A stretch of 64,000 nucleotides of DNA from Selaginella moellendorffii (Eukaryota; Plantae; Lycopodiophyta), in contig NW_003314343.1 in the NCBI RefSeq assembly GCF_000143415.4, forward strand, positions 56,855-120,854, in the 5' to 3' direction. A model generated the notes under the pieces. The model was given only the letters and a program-made list of their open reading frames with translations, ran no database searches and was not told the DNA's origin. Shown piece by piece: positions 40,101 through 52,102 of the stretch. A program made the position numbers and the translations under genes. The stretch's first letter is position 1; each line of letters begins with the position of its first letter.

Positions 40101-41761
40101 GCCCAACATAGAAGAGTTGAATCTGAAAGCTAAGATGAAGGGAGTGATGATGAAGTAGAGATCATCCTTAAGTCTCAATAGCACCAAAAGAAAAAGATCA
40201 CTGCAAAAATTACTTAACAATTCCAAAACTTGCAACCATAAGTCGATTTGGACAATGGTGATTCTAACACAGAAAGTTTCATGCCTTTACAAGTTGATAC
40301 ACCATTAACGCAAAAGGAAAATCCTATACTAAAACTAGATGGCAAAGATGAGAAGAAGGCAGTGAAAGCTTAAATGCCGGAATTACCTTCACTCTAGGCC
40401 AACTTCTCACTATAGCATCTTACTTTAGAGTTGCATTTGTTAGAGAGGTCTCACTTAAAAAGGAAGAAACTTTAATCCCATCTATAGCTATTGTAATTGA
40501 GTCAGGAGATTGTGATGATAAAGTTCCTACAATTGATATAAAGATTAGCAAAAATCTATTATCTGGAACTCTTATCGATGGTGGCTCAAGTGTAAATATT
40601 CTAGAAGAAAGTATTTGCAAAGAATTAGACCTAGGTCCAAGGTCCAATTTCATGTATGAATGGCAGATGACTAAAGCATTAGGCCTATTGGAACTATTAA
40701 AAATGTCTTAACTACTATAGCTAGCCTAAAGTGCAAACTCAATTATATTGTGTTTAAAATGACATAACGAGATTTTTCTTATAAAACCCTATTAGGCATA
40801 CCTTGGCTAAAAATTGCTTGCATAAACCAAGACTAGAAAAACAATTTCTTATGTATAGAGCAGGGCAACTAAAAAAGATTTGTGCCCATTACTTCCACTA
40901 TATAGTTAGAAAGGAAAGATCAACCTTTCAAAACTCTATTTTATGATTGGGAGGAAGGCCTAGATGATTTTCAATAACAATATTTTAAAATCTTTCCTTG
41001 AAATTGAGTTAATTTTAAAAGTCGATCTCTATTCAATATTCAAAGAAGTACCTAGGCAAGAAACTTCTAAACTAGAGATTGTTATGGATATAACAGATTT
41101 CTTTCTAGAGGAGGATCTTACTTATAAAATTGATCAGCTGAGAAACTATATTTCACATATCTTGTGATCAACTACTTGAGCAAATCAATTTACCAGATGA
41201 GAATAGTCTTTATATTGTCACAATTGTTCAAAGATTGCAAAGTGAATTTTGCAATCAAGCCATAAATTTACTAAAAAACTACAAAGACATTTTTGCCTGG
41301 TCTTACACAAGTTTAAAAGGCATTTTGCCAATATTCTGTACGCACCGTATTGAAATACTCTCAAGAAATATGCCTAAAAGGCAAATGCCCTATAGAATGA
41401 ATCCTAATTACAAAAGTAAAGTCAGGGAAAAAATCAATAAACTTCTCTAGGTAGGATTTATATATCCAATCTAAAATGCTTAATAGTTTTCACAATTTGT
41501 AATTGTGCTTAAGAAAAAATAGCAAATTACAACTTTGTGTGATTTACAAAAAGCTAAATGATGTAATAAAAAAGGATATGTTCCCTATTCCTTTCACAGA
41601 CAAAATTCTAGATTCAATAGTAGGTTATGAGATGTATTCATTTTTAGATGGATTTTTTAGCTATAATCAAGTGAAAGTGAAGATCAACACAAAATTTCTT
41701 TTATAAACCCATGAAAAGCTTATGCCTATTATAAAATGCCTTTTGGCTTATGCAATGCTCT
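34170..41761 (+). mobile_element. Gypsy family A (Tat/Athila-like): long LTR region plus degenerate gag-PR-RT. Left boundary approximate.
   Basis: Zn knuckle CQICEKEGHIAKEC (~39589-39630), protease IDGGSSVNIL (~40575), RT YKDIFAWSY...PYRMNP...FLDGFFSYNQ...MPFGLCNA. Cut off by a family B LTR. Confidence 0.75.
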
Positions 41762-42989
41762 TATAAACCACAATTTTTTTCTTTCCAATTTATTAGCTTA
41801 CCTTGTCTATCTGACCACCACGACTTTAGGCTTAGTTATGTTCAGGTTCCCACTTATTGTACCAGCCTCTACTTGGTCTTACTTGGTTTCAATAACTCAC
41901 TATATGAGCAATGGAGTGTTAGCCCTTTATCCACGGATTCCCAAATTCTTTTCCAATCCCCTTCCCCAAGATAGATTGGACTTAAAGTTCGGCTACACTC
42001 CCCACAGGCACAAGTAGCCAAGCACACCAAGCCTCTAGATTCCTAACATCTCTTAGTACAACAAGACTTGATCATGGGATTCTTTAGTTGGGTGCCACAT
42101 TTTCTTCGAGAAACCAGGAGGAAACACTGTGGCCTAAGGGCCTAGTATGGGTACCTTTACTCCCTCACTTCCATCCCGAAGGGATGGCCCAAGCCCCTAG
42201 GAAGGGGCAAGGACTAATGAGTTGCAAGGTACTCAAGTGGGACACTACTCCACATGAGTTGGGAGCACCGTAGTCAATTTCCCTTCCAGGAGTGAAAATT
42301 ACTCTTAAGCACTTCCTTGGGTGGCCCCTCTAGCACCACTAGAGTCAATGCTCACTCCCACCCAAAGCCCCTAAGCCCCAGTCTCAACTTAGAGTTTGTC
42401 TCGAACTTGATCTTAGACTTGGTCTCAGACTTAATTTCGGATCTCAGACTCGGTCTCAAACTCGGTCTCGGATTTGGTCTTGAACTCGATCTCAGACTCG
42501 ATCTTGGACTTGATTTCGAACTCGATCTTAGAGTCAATCTTAGACTCGATCTCAAACTCGGTCTCATCAAATGAACTCTTTATCATTTCGGTTGTGCTTT
42601 CAGGGATCCTTTAGCATTTGACACCTCATAGAAGAAGTTTGATGCCCATATCGAATATCTCTTTTTAATCTTACAACTTGTTGACTATGTCTCCGGGGGC
42701 ATCCCCCCATTTAGCAGGGTGCCTAAGTTAGCCTCCTCGGCCAAGAGCCCATTACAATGGAATATAAGTGTCCTCATACCCCTCATATCACCACGCCCTA
42801 GTATGGGGTTGGGACTTGAACCTAGCCTTGATTTACTAGGGGGTTGAGACTTGAACCCAACCTCCATAGACTATGTCTACTAAGTGGACATCCCCATAGG
42901 GAGTTGGGTGTAGTTCCCTATGCTTGGTTGACATAGCTAACCTATGCTAATTAGTTTACCTTCAACACACCTTCGGGTCCCAGCATATG
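41762..42989 (-). mobile_element. Family B 3' LTR plus 3' UTR, diverged
   Basis: Reverse-complement similarity to ~16700-17932. Confidence 0.8.
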
Positions 42990-43295
42990 TGTAGTGCACG
43001 TGGTTTTTACCCTTTATCCTATGGTGCTTTACCATAGGATAACACCATGAAGCGGAACCTAAACCCTCTTTATGCCATGTGACAGATGCCACATGTCACA
43101 TACCACATGTCCATAGGACAGTGGTGTGGAACTTGAGGTTTAGGGCTTTGGGCCCTTGAACAAAGGAACTGTGCCAAATAGAGTCTGGTGCTATTTCGGC
43201 ATACCAGTGGCCTAACGTGAGGATATGGGTACCCCGCCAACTAGCATGGTATGGAACTTGGGCTTAGACCCAAGCCGAACGCAGAACAAGGACAG
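42990..43295 (+). repeat. LTR-like family E fragment (TGTAGTGCACG...)
   Basis: Matches ~63460-63925 in reverse complement. Starts with TG. Confidence 0.55.
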
Positions 43296-43462
43296 TGTCG
43301 CGAATGTGACTTTGGGTATCGAAAGTTACCTGTCAACCAGTCCTTACGGACACTCTTACCTTATTGCCACAATGGCAGAAGATCGGTATTCTCTATGGTT
43401 CGCGTAGCCCTCGACAATTTGGCTGCACTGCCTCGTGGGGCCAACCTTGCGCCCCCCCTTTT
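43296..43462 (+). repeat. LTR-like family D start (TGTCGCGAATG...)
   Basis: First ~95 bp match 62779 onward, where the sequence follows a polypurine tract. Confidence 0.55.
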
Positions 43463-43562
43463 NNNNNNNNNNNNNNNNNNNNNNNNNNNNNNNNNNNNNN
43501 NNNNNNNNNNNNNNNNNNNNNNNNNNNNNNNNNNNNNNNNNNNNNNNNNNNNNNNNNNNNNN
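43463..43562. other. Assembly gap (100 N)
   Basis: N run. Confidence 1.
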
Positions 43563-44345
43563 CCAGAGTTAGTGAAGTTAGTTTCTTGTGATCCCGCATT
43601 TGATTGTGATGTCTCTTTGCAGTGTTGATGGAAAGGTCAATGCACACCAAACTGTAGAATCTTGGAGCAAAATAACGGTCGGATCTATGGCAAATGCCCC
43701 TGAAACATTGTAAGGCTCGTGTGGTCTCATGTGGTGTCCGATCGAGATGCATCTTTGCAGGGTCATCAAGAAGGACATTGTATACCATTCTTTATTTAGC
43801 TGAACATCTGGCATTTTTGGAAATACAAGATGTTTTGGAATACCCAATCATGCATGGTATAAATATAGCGAGGGTATTAAATGATATCCCAATCATGATC
43901 TTTCTTTTGGATTTCGCGTGCATGCAGTCCGAGGAATGATGACGTTGCGGATTTCTTTTGGATTTCACGTGCATGCATGCGCGCGGCGATCCAGAAATTA
44001 ATGGTGGCGCCCAAGTCCAAGGAATGATGACGTTGCGGGATTACCAACCGTCGTGACATTTCGCGCGTGTGAGGTTAGGTTTTGCATCGTACTCGCGCTC
44101 GCACACTCGCGCTCGCATCGCGCTCCCACTCGCGATCACGCTCACATTCGCGCTCATCTACCTTCTCTACAGGTTTCTCGTGTGCATCGGCGTCCACTCG
44201 CGCTTGCATCACACTCGCACTCGCATCGCGCTCGTGTGCATCGGCGTCCACTTCAAGACACACCCAGTTTGTAACTTCGCCGCCAACTCCACCGCCCACT
44301 CTGCCACCCACACGCAGCCCACTTGGTGTCCCGGGAGATTTCAGC
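43563..44345 (-). mobile_element. Isolated internal fragment of the Sola-like element
   Basis: Appears identical to 51206-51988 (constant offset 7643). Confidence 0.8.
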
Positions 44346-46107
44346 CTCGCTCTTGGGCTCATAGGATGGAATTAAGGTGTACCATTTTGCACGAGTTTGC
44401 GCTTGGGCTCGCGAGTGTGGCACATTAGCAACTCGAGGTTACACTTTGAGTTGACAGGATTAATGTTAACCTATCAAAGCTCTATTTCATTAAAGTGGGA
44501 TTTATTCAGTAAAATGGGACTAGGTACAAATTTTCAAGTATTTGAAAATGACGTGAAATTATATGTTTTTTGTCCAGGGGCTAGACATATCTGGGGCATG
44601 GTGACTAGCGCGGTGACTTTGTGTCCAGACTGAGTCCATCTGGTTGTATAATAAATCTCATTGTCAAGGTGAACAAGCCGAATCTGAAGCTAAAGAAGAG
44701 CGATGGCATGCGCGCACACACTATTTGTTTGTTCATTGAGCGTGTGGTGAGCTTTCTAAGATGAACGTCATTCCTATTAGCTAGACATATAACTTAATGG
44801 TGAGAACATTTAGATATTATTCAATGTTATCTTTTTCTAACGAATCTAATTGTGAAGGTGTAGCAAGAGGCATTGCTAGTCTGGAGAAGTCATTTAACTC
44901 ATTTGACCCTTAGTGTATTTTCATGAAACTAAATAACATTCATATTATTAAAGAATTTCTCTAGTACCTTTTTCTTACGACATAGAGGCTTGCATTTCTT
45001 TCAAAGGTGATTTAGTAAAAGGCCTGAGGGCACATGCCATTCTATTTCTCAGACCGGTATTAAGATATACTAGTGCAAAGGGAAAAAGGTATTTGGTGAT
45101 CAAGTAAATGGCATGAGGGCACACGCCATTATAAGCCTAAGCGCTAGTGGACACCTCCTTTTTGGTACTCTCAGCGGTACTATCATCCTTCTCCGGGTCA
45201 GTTGTTTTGCTTTGGATTGTTGTCTCTGACGTTACTGGGGCGTTCTCGATAGTTGTTAATGTTGCCGTTTGTTCAGAAAAATGATCACTTGGAGTATAGT
45301 ACGGGGAGTTTGGAAGACTTATATATTCTACATCTTCACCTATCTCCTTCTTCGTCTCCTTTTCTGCCTCACTTACAGATTTTGTGCTTGCCATGAGAAC
45401 GCTCTTCACCCTAAAATATGGAGTTCGTTGTGTTATAAAAGGAAACCAACACACACGCTGCAAGGGAATGATGGTACATAAAGCACGTAAGCCCACAATA
45501 TGGGTTTATGTGCCATTAATATGGGCCACACGCCATATTATTAGATTTATGCACGTGTGATTGGTAAATGCATATGTCACATCATCTTTGTTTTACCTCA
45601 CACACTATATCAGGCCTAATGAACCATATCACATGTGCGCACATGCTATATATATGGAGAAGTATTATGCAAGGATAGAAAAATTCAATGCATGATTGTG
45701 GAGAGCAATGGCATGAAGCCACATGCTAAATAACATTTTAGAGAAAGAATTAAAATAGAAACATGCAAACAGTACTGAGTGGACCAAGACTTAGAAGTGC
45801 ACAATTGAATGAGGTATTTCTAATAAATATTTCACTCACCTCATATAGGAATGGCTACCACTCTCAAATGGCGTATCGCCTCATGCCATCACCTCGCAAT
45901 TTGTTATAACAATCCGATGAATTCATATTCGGCTTGTTCACCTTAAACTTTAAGTAAGATTTGCTAGAACAACTAAGAATTTATACTTGTTATTTGTATC
46001 ATCTCACCTAGGAATGGCGTAAGGCCACATGCCATCACGCCTCCTTTGATTCAGATTCGGATTGTTCATCTTGAAATAAAATACATTAGAAACTTAGTAA
46101 AGGAATA

Positions 46108-48934
46108 TTAATGAATCTCACCTTGAACCCGGGTTATGAATGCTCTTGCTGCATCTCTTGCATGGTCTGGCAAGGTGTTGGTGGCACTCTGCTTCTGCAT
46201 CCAACCATGCACAACATTATCCACCGATATGCTCATGCTGGGATCCCTTGGATTCAGCACCCATCTCTTTTCTAGGCAATCCTTCGTATATCCGGAACTT
46301 GGCTTGAACCACTCCACAGTTACATTGAAGGAGTTAGTTTCCGCGTCCTCCTCTGCATCAGTGATGCAGCGCCCCACCCATATCATTTGTTTTTTATTAC
46401 TGGGTCTAACAAGCACGACCATTCCTTTGCAGACCTGTACTGGATTGAATGCTGAATCCGGCTTCTTGTTCCTCGGCCCACAATAGTGATCCTCAACATC
46501 GTTATCTGTCACTGCATTTCCAGAGGACATTGTTCCGCTACTATCTGGTGCTCTGGGTTCTGGCCAAAAGGACTCTTCCAATTCTTCATATACAACTGGC
46601 CTATTTTGGATAGCAGATATAATCTTCTCCCAGTATTTGATCAAAGGCTTGCACCTCTGAAAATAGGATTCTCCACCAAACACCAACCCCCTCTTCCAGA
46701 AGGCAATATGCTGTCTAATCCCGGCCACTATACTTTCCTGGTCTTTGAGTCCATCCGGGTGCATCGGCCGTGGGGAACCCTGAGGAATCATAGGTTCCCC
46801 AGTTATGGGATCTCTCTTGAAGAGTTCAATGCCGTCCATTGGCAGCCACACTGTGTCCCATTCTCTCATCTTGTACCTTATCACTGGAGCACCGTCACGC
46901 ATGCTGAAATGAAACTGAAGAGGCTTGGAGTGGCCAATTAGCGTTTCAGATCCGTCCCTGATGTAGCCTCTTACAAACCCCTTAAAGTCTGGAACCTCTG
47001 TCAGAAGTGCAGCTTCAACAGTGCCTTTGATGCAATTTTGGAATTCATCGTAGAGTTGTGGGAGGGTGAGGACATTAGATCGCCGGAGGGACTCTGCCAG
47101 GTGATTGAACATGGCATCGACGTCTTCATGAGTGTGCCCAACCATGAGAAAGCCAAGTGTAACCGTTTCAAATATGCCTTTGGCAACAAGTATCGCCAAG
47201 TACGCGAAGACGTACATGTTTTTGTTCTCACTGCCAGCATTGTCTATTTGGAGCAGAAGATGGGGTGGAAGGCCACATCGGCCGCAAGAACTTCCTTGAG
47301 ATTCTGCTTTGTTTGGATGAGGCTGTGCATTCACCGAGCGACCAGCCTCGTCAGAATGGCATGAGGCCTCACGTGATAACCCTACAATCTGACGGCCAAC
47401 ATATTCACTGGGATGGCATGGGGCCCCACGCAATACTGCAAGCCTTTGCTCCTCCTCCAGCTGAACCCTGTATGGGGTTCGATCGACAAGGGCCTTATGC
47501 AAGGGTTGGCCGTTCAGCTCAGTCTGCGCACTTTGCAGAGACCTTAAGTGTTTTGCTAGGGACACAATCATCATGTTTGCACCCCCACCACCCCATAGAG
47601 GTACAAAGAAGTTCCCATAGTTCTGGGCACCATGACCATGAGCGATTATGCCAAACAGAGACACAGGCAGCTGCATGGATGAAGAGATTGCCTTGGGGGC
47701 AAGATTGAGTCAAGGTAAGCACATCTTTTTCTGGTCCATTTTGTCGTGGATGATGCAGAGGTAAGAGTCAGGTCTCTCTATGGAGAGAATCCTATTATGA
47801 TAATATGCAGTCCTGCAGCTTCTTTGCTCGATGTTGTGGTCGAGCCGCCTTCTAAACCAACATCTCTCGCTTTTGAGCGATGCAAGAATTCTTCGACAAA
47901 GCCATTTTGATAGCAGTGCACTCGTCACACTTTGAAAAGCTGAAGTACTTTCCTATACTCATATCCCTGAACCTGTTGCTCCACAATCTACTAAATCTAG
48001 ATTGGCTCAGCTTCCTGTAGCCATTACTCTGGAGTTCCCGATTCACATCTTCCAATATGGCCCCCTTGGTATACATGGAAGGGAGAACTTGTTGGGTGTC
48101 TCGTGTTCCATCATCCAAGAGGCGGGTTTTATGTGGTTGCTGCTTGCTACATGTCTCGACAAACCTCTTGAAGATTGCCTCTCCATATACAACATGACCC
48201 CTGGTTTTGTGCGTACCGTCGTTCCCATGGACTGCCTGTTGAACCCTTTGTTCCTCGAACTCAGTTTTGATTCTGTAGAATGTGGTTCGAGGGACTCCAT
48301 AAATGATTCTCCATGCCTTCATGCAGACCAAACCCCTCTGGAAGACCATGCCCCCCACCTGATGTTCTGAAGCATCAACAGATGACCATAATGCCTCATA
48401 CACAAAATTGCGAGCTGCCTTCCAGGACAATGTCTTGTATCTTGCTCTCTCCTCTTCAATAGCATCCCAATCAGCATGTTGACAGCACCTCCTCTTGCAA
48501 CAAGCAACTGTCGAGACCATTCGAACCTCCATCGCCATTTTCTGCCTTTTCGGTTCGTTGCTCAGATCCCTTTGGCTGCGCTTTAGGAAGGTGTACTTTC
48601 TTTTCCCATGAAGAGATGTTCTGTCATCAGTTGTAGTGGTGTTTGATTGTGAATCCTTCACATTCTCAAACACTAAGTGCCTCAATTTCCACCGCACAAT
48701 GCTTCCAATAGTCAGACTGTTTTCTTCTGTGTCAACAACCTCTAAAATCGCAACTCCAATATCATCCCAGCCCAATTCTTGATTAGCAACCGCATCTCTT
48801 GGATCGACAACTGTGGCTAAGCCCTCAACTACCACCTCCCCCTCGGGGTTGTTTAGAAACACCTTTGCCTGAATCCATGTAGCACGGTTCTTAAGATCCA
48901 CGGAGGGAACATACATCGCACTTGCGGAGGCCAT
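46108..48934 (-). pseudogene. Sola-like transposase, copy 2
   Basis: ORFs 47852-48934, 47710-47928 and 46108-47676. Frameshift near 47855, CGA>TGA at 47710, and the first N-terminal domain is deleted. Confidence 0.8.
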
Positions 48935-49151
48935 TCTGAAAGTGCAGAAAAGAAGTTAAGACCAAACAAAAAATGATTGGAGAATGGCCTAAATCATAAC
49001 ATACCAAACAACCTCAATAGCATGAGGCCACATGCCATTATTCAAACATGCTATTGACACCCACGTGAAATTTCGCATTCACAAAATTGTCATGAGCCCT
49101 CATGCCATTAGTGTACCCTTTTGCAACTCTCTTCCCACCATTCAAAATGTA

Positions 49152-49251
49152 NNNNNNNNNNNNNNNNNNNNNNNNNNNNNNNNNNNNNNNNNNNNNNNNN
49201 NNNNNNNNNNNNNNNNNNNNNNNNNNNNNNNNNNNNNNNNNNNNNNNNNNN
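49152..49251. other. Assembly gap (100 N)
   Basis: N run. Confidence 1.
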
Positions 49252-49481
49252 ACACTATTTGCCTTGCTGCAACTGTATATATTTTTGTGTGCGTGACTAG
49301 TCACCCATACAAAAATATATACAGTTGCAGCAAGGCAAAAGGAATATGGCAATAGGCTAGCAGGGGCCAAAGATGGCATGAGGCCTCATGCCATCTTGAT
49401 ATACACACAACTGCAGGCAAGTAAAAACATACATGACAATATGCTAGCCATGAAATTGCAAGGGCCCAAGATGGCATGTGG

Positions 49482-49538
49482 CCCTAAACCCTAAACATGG
49501 CATGTGACCCTAAACCCTAAACCCTAAACCCTAAACCC
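49482..49538 (-). repeat. Interstitial telomeric repeats (CCCTAAA)n filling a deletion
   Basis: ccctaaa arrays replace ~380 bp that is present in copy 1. Confidence 0.85.
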
Positions 49539-52102
49539 TCTGACAAATTTCAAACTGAGTAGCTTCTAGACTTTGCTGTCGGAGGTTGAACTTTGTCACA
49601 TCATGTCCTTGCCTCGATTCAGCTATGCCATGTCAGTGATTCGAACTTTGCCATGCCATGTCAGCGATCCGCGCCAAGATTATTCGCCGTGTAAAGGAAT
49701 AATTATGCTGTGTGTGTACGTCCATTTATAGCAATATAAGGCCACACGCCATTCAAAGAATAATGCTAGTCGAGCATTTTTTGGTGTATTTTTGGGTTCA
49801 AAATTGCATGAGCCCACACGCTATAAAGTTTACCTGTACCAAAAATAGAAACAACTTTATTTACTTGGGAATTTAAGTGGTTGAGGCATTTTTAAACTTA
49901 CAAACACATGCCCTACTTACATTCCTTTGGTTGCTTAAAATTCAAAAATATTATAAACCTTTCTTTTTGCATTTTCAATGTTTTCAATTATGGTTTTTGA
50001 TTTTCGCAGGACCAGCCTAATAATCTATTTGCATCCCGTCATGTTTATAGCTAGCTTTCGTTTGTCCCCTTCGCTAGCCTGAGATACATCTGCTCGGCAT
50101 CTGCCTCTTACAGCATTTGCCCAGAAAGGGCATCTTTCTTCACGCAGCATTTGCCACATGTTTAGGGTTTTGGGTTTAGGGTTTAGCAATTCAGTAGCTT
50201 GATAAACATGCAAATACAGAACTTGATGCAAAATCCTTTGATATGTCACAATGCCCCTAGGACCATAAACACATTTCAATAGAGAGGGTCCTTTCATTTC
50301 ATAACTCCTTACGTAGATCTTGGTGAAACCAGAGTTAGTGAAGTTAGTTTTTTGTTATCCCGCATCTGATTGTGAGGTCTCTTTGCAGTGTCGATGGAAA
50401 GGTCAATGCACACCAAACTGTAAAATCTTGGAGCAAAATAACGGTCGGATCTATGGCAAATGCCCCTGAAACATTGTAAGGCTCGTGTGGTCTCATGTGG
50501 TGTCCGATCGAGATGTTTCTTTGCAGGGTCATCAAGAAAGACATTGTATACCATTCTGTAAAATTTAGTTGCGATCTAACGGTTGGATCTCCAGAAAACT
50601 CAAAACAATCTCGCGCGTATCAGAATATTCTAGGAATATACTCCTATGTGCCCCTGAAAATGGCATGTGGCCCCACGCCATTCAAGAGATAACGCCAGAT
50701 GACGCCAAGCATTTTTTTGTGCATTTTTTGGGATCAAAATTGCATGAGCCCACACGCTTGAATGTCACATCAAATCCTCTGACAAACCAGATCTTATAAT
50801 TCCTCTGACAAATTTCAAACTGAGTAGCTTCTAGACTTTGCTGTCGGACGTTGAACTTTGTCACATCATGTCCTTGCCTCGATCCAGCTGTGCCATGTCA
50901 GTGATTCGAACTTTGCCATGCCATGTCAGCGATCCGCGCCAAGATTATTCGCCGTGTAACTGCTCGGCATCTGCCTCTTACAGTATTTGCCCAGAAAGGG
51001 CATCTTTCTTCACGCAGCATTTGCCACATGTTTAGGGTTTAGGGTTTAGGGTTTAGGGTTTAGCAATTCAGTAGCTTGATAAACATGCAAATACAGAACT
51101 TGATGCAAAATCCTTTGATATGTCACAACGCCCCTAGGACCATAAACACATTTCAATAGAGAGGGTCCTTTCATTTCATAACTCTTTACGTAGATCTTGG
51201 TGAAACCAGAGTTAGTGAAGTTAGTTTCTTGTGATCCCGCATTTGATTGTGATGTCTCTTTGCAGTGTTGATGGAAAGGTCAATGCACACCAAACTGTAG
51301 AATCTTGGAGCAAAATAACGGTCGGATCTATGGCAAATGCCCCTGAAACATTGTAAGGCTCGTGTGGTCTCATGTGGTGTCCGATCGAGATGCATCTTTG
51401 CAGGGTCATCAAGAAGGACATTGTATACCATTCTTTATTTAGCTGAACATCTGGCATTTTTGGAAATACAAGATGTTTTGGAATACCCAATCATGCATGG
51501 TATAAATATAGCGAGGGTATTAAATGATATCCCAATCATGATCTTTCTTTTGGATTTCGCGTGCATGCAGTCCGAGGAATGATGACGTTGCGGATTTCTT
51601 TTGGATTTCACGTGCATGCATGCGCGCGGCGATCCAGAAATTAATGGTGGCGCCCAAGTCCAAGGAATGATGACGTTGCGGGATTACCAACCGTCGTGAC
51701 ATTTCGCGCGTGTGAGGTTAGGTTTTGCATCGTACTCGCGCTCGCACACTCGCGCTCGCATCGCGCTCCCACTCGCGATCACGCTCACATTCGCGCTCAT
51801 CTACCTTCTCTACAGGTTTCTCGTGTGCATCGGCGTCCACTCGCGCTTGCATCACACTCGCACTCGCATCGCGCTCGTGTGCATCGGCGTCCACTTCAAG
51901 ACACACCCAGTTTGTAACTTCGCCGCCAACTCCACCGCCCACTCTGCCACCCACACGCAGCCCACTTGGTGTCCCGGGAGATTTCAGCGCCACTCTCCAA
52001 CTGTAAGTGGCAGAGTAGCCTTGCTGCTACGATCCGCTGCATACACAGTGCACATTCGCCAGCGAGTCCGGCCTCGATTGTCACGCCTCCATTCGGCTTC
52101 AA

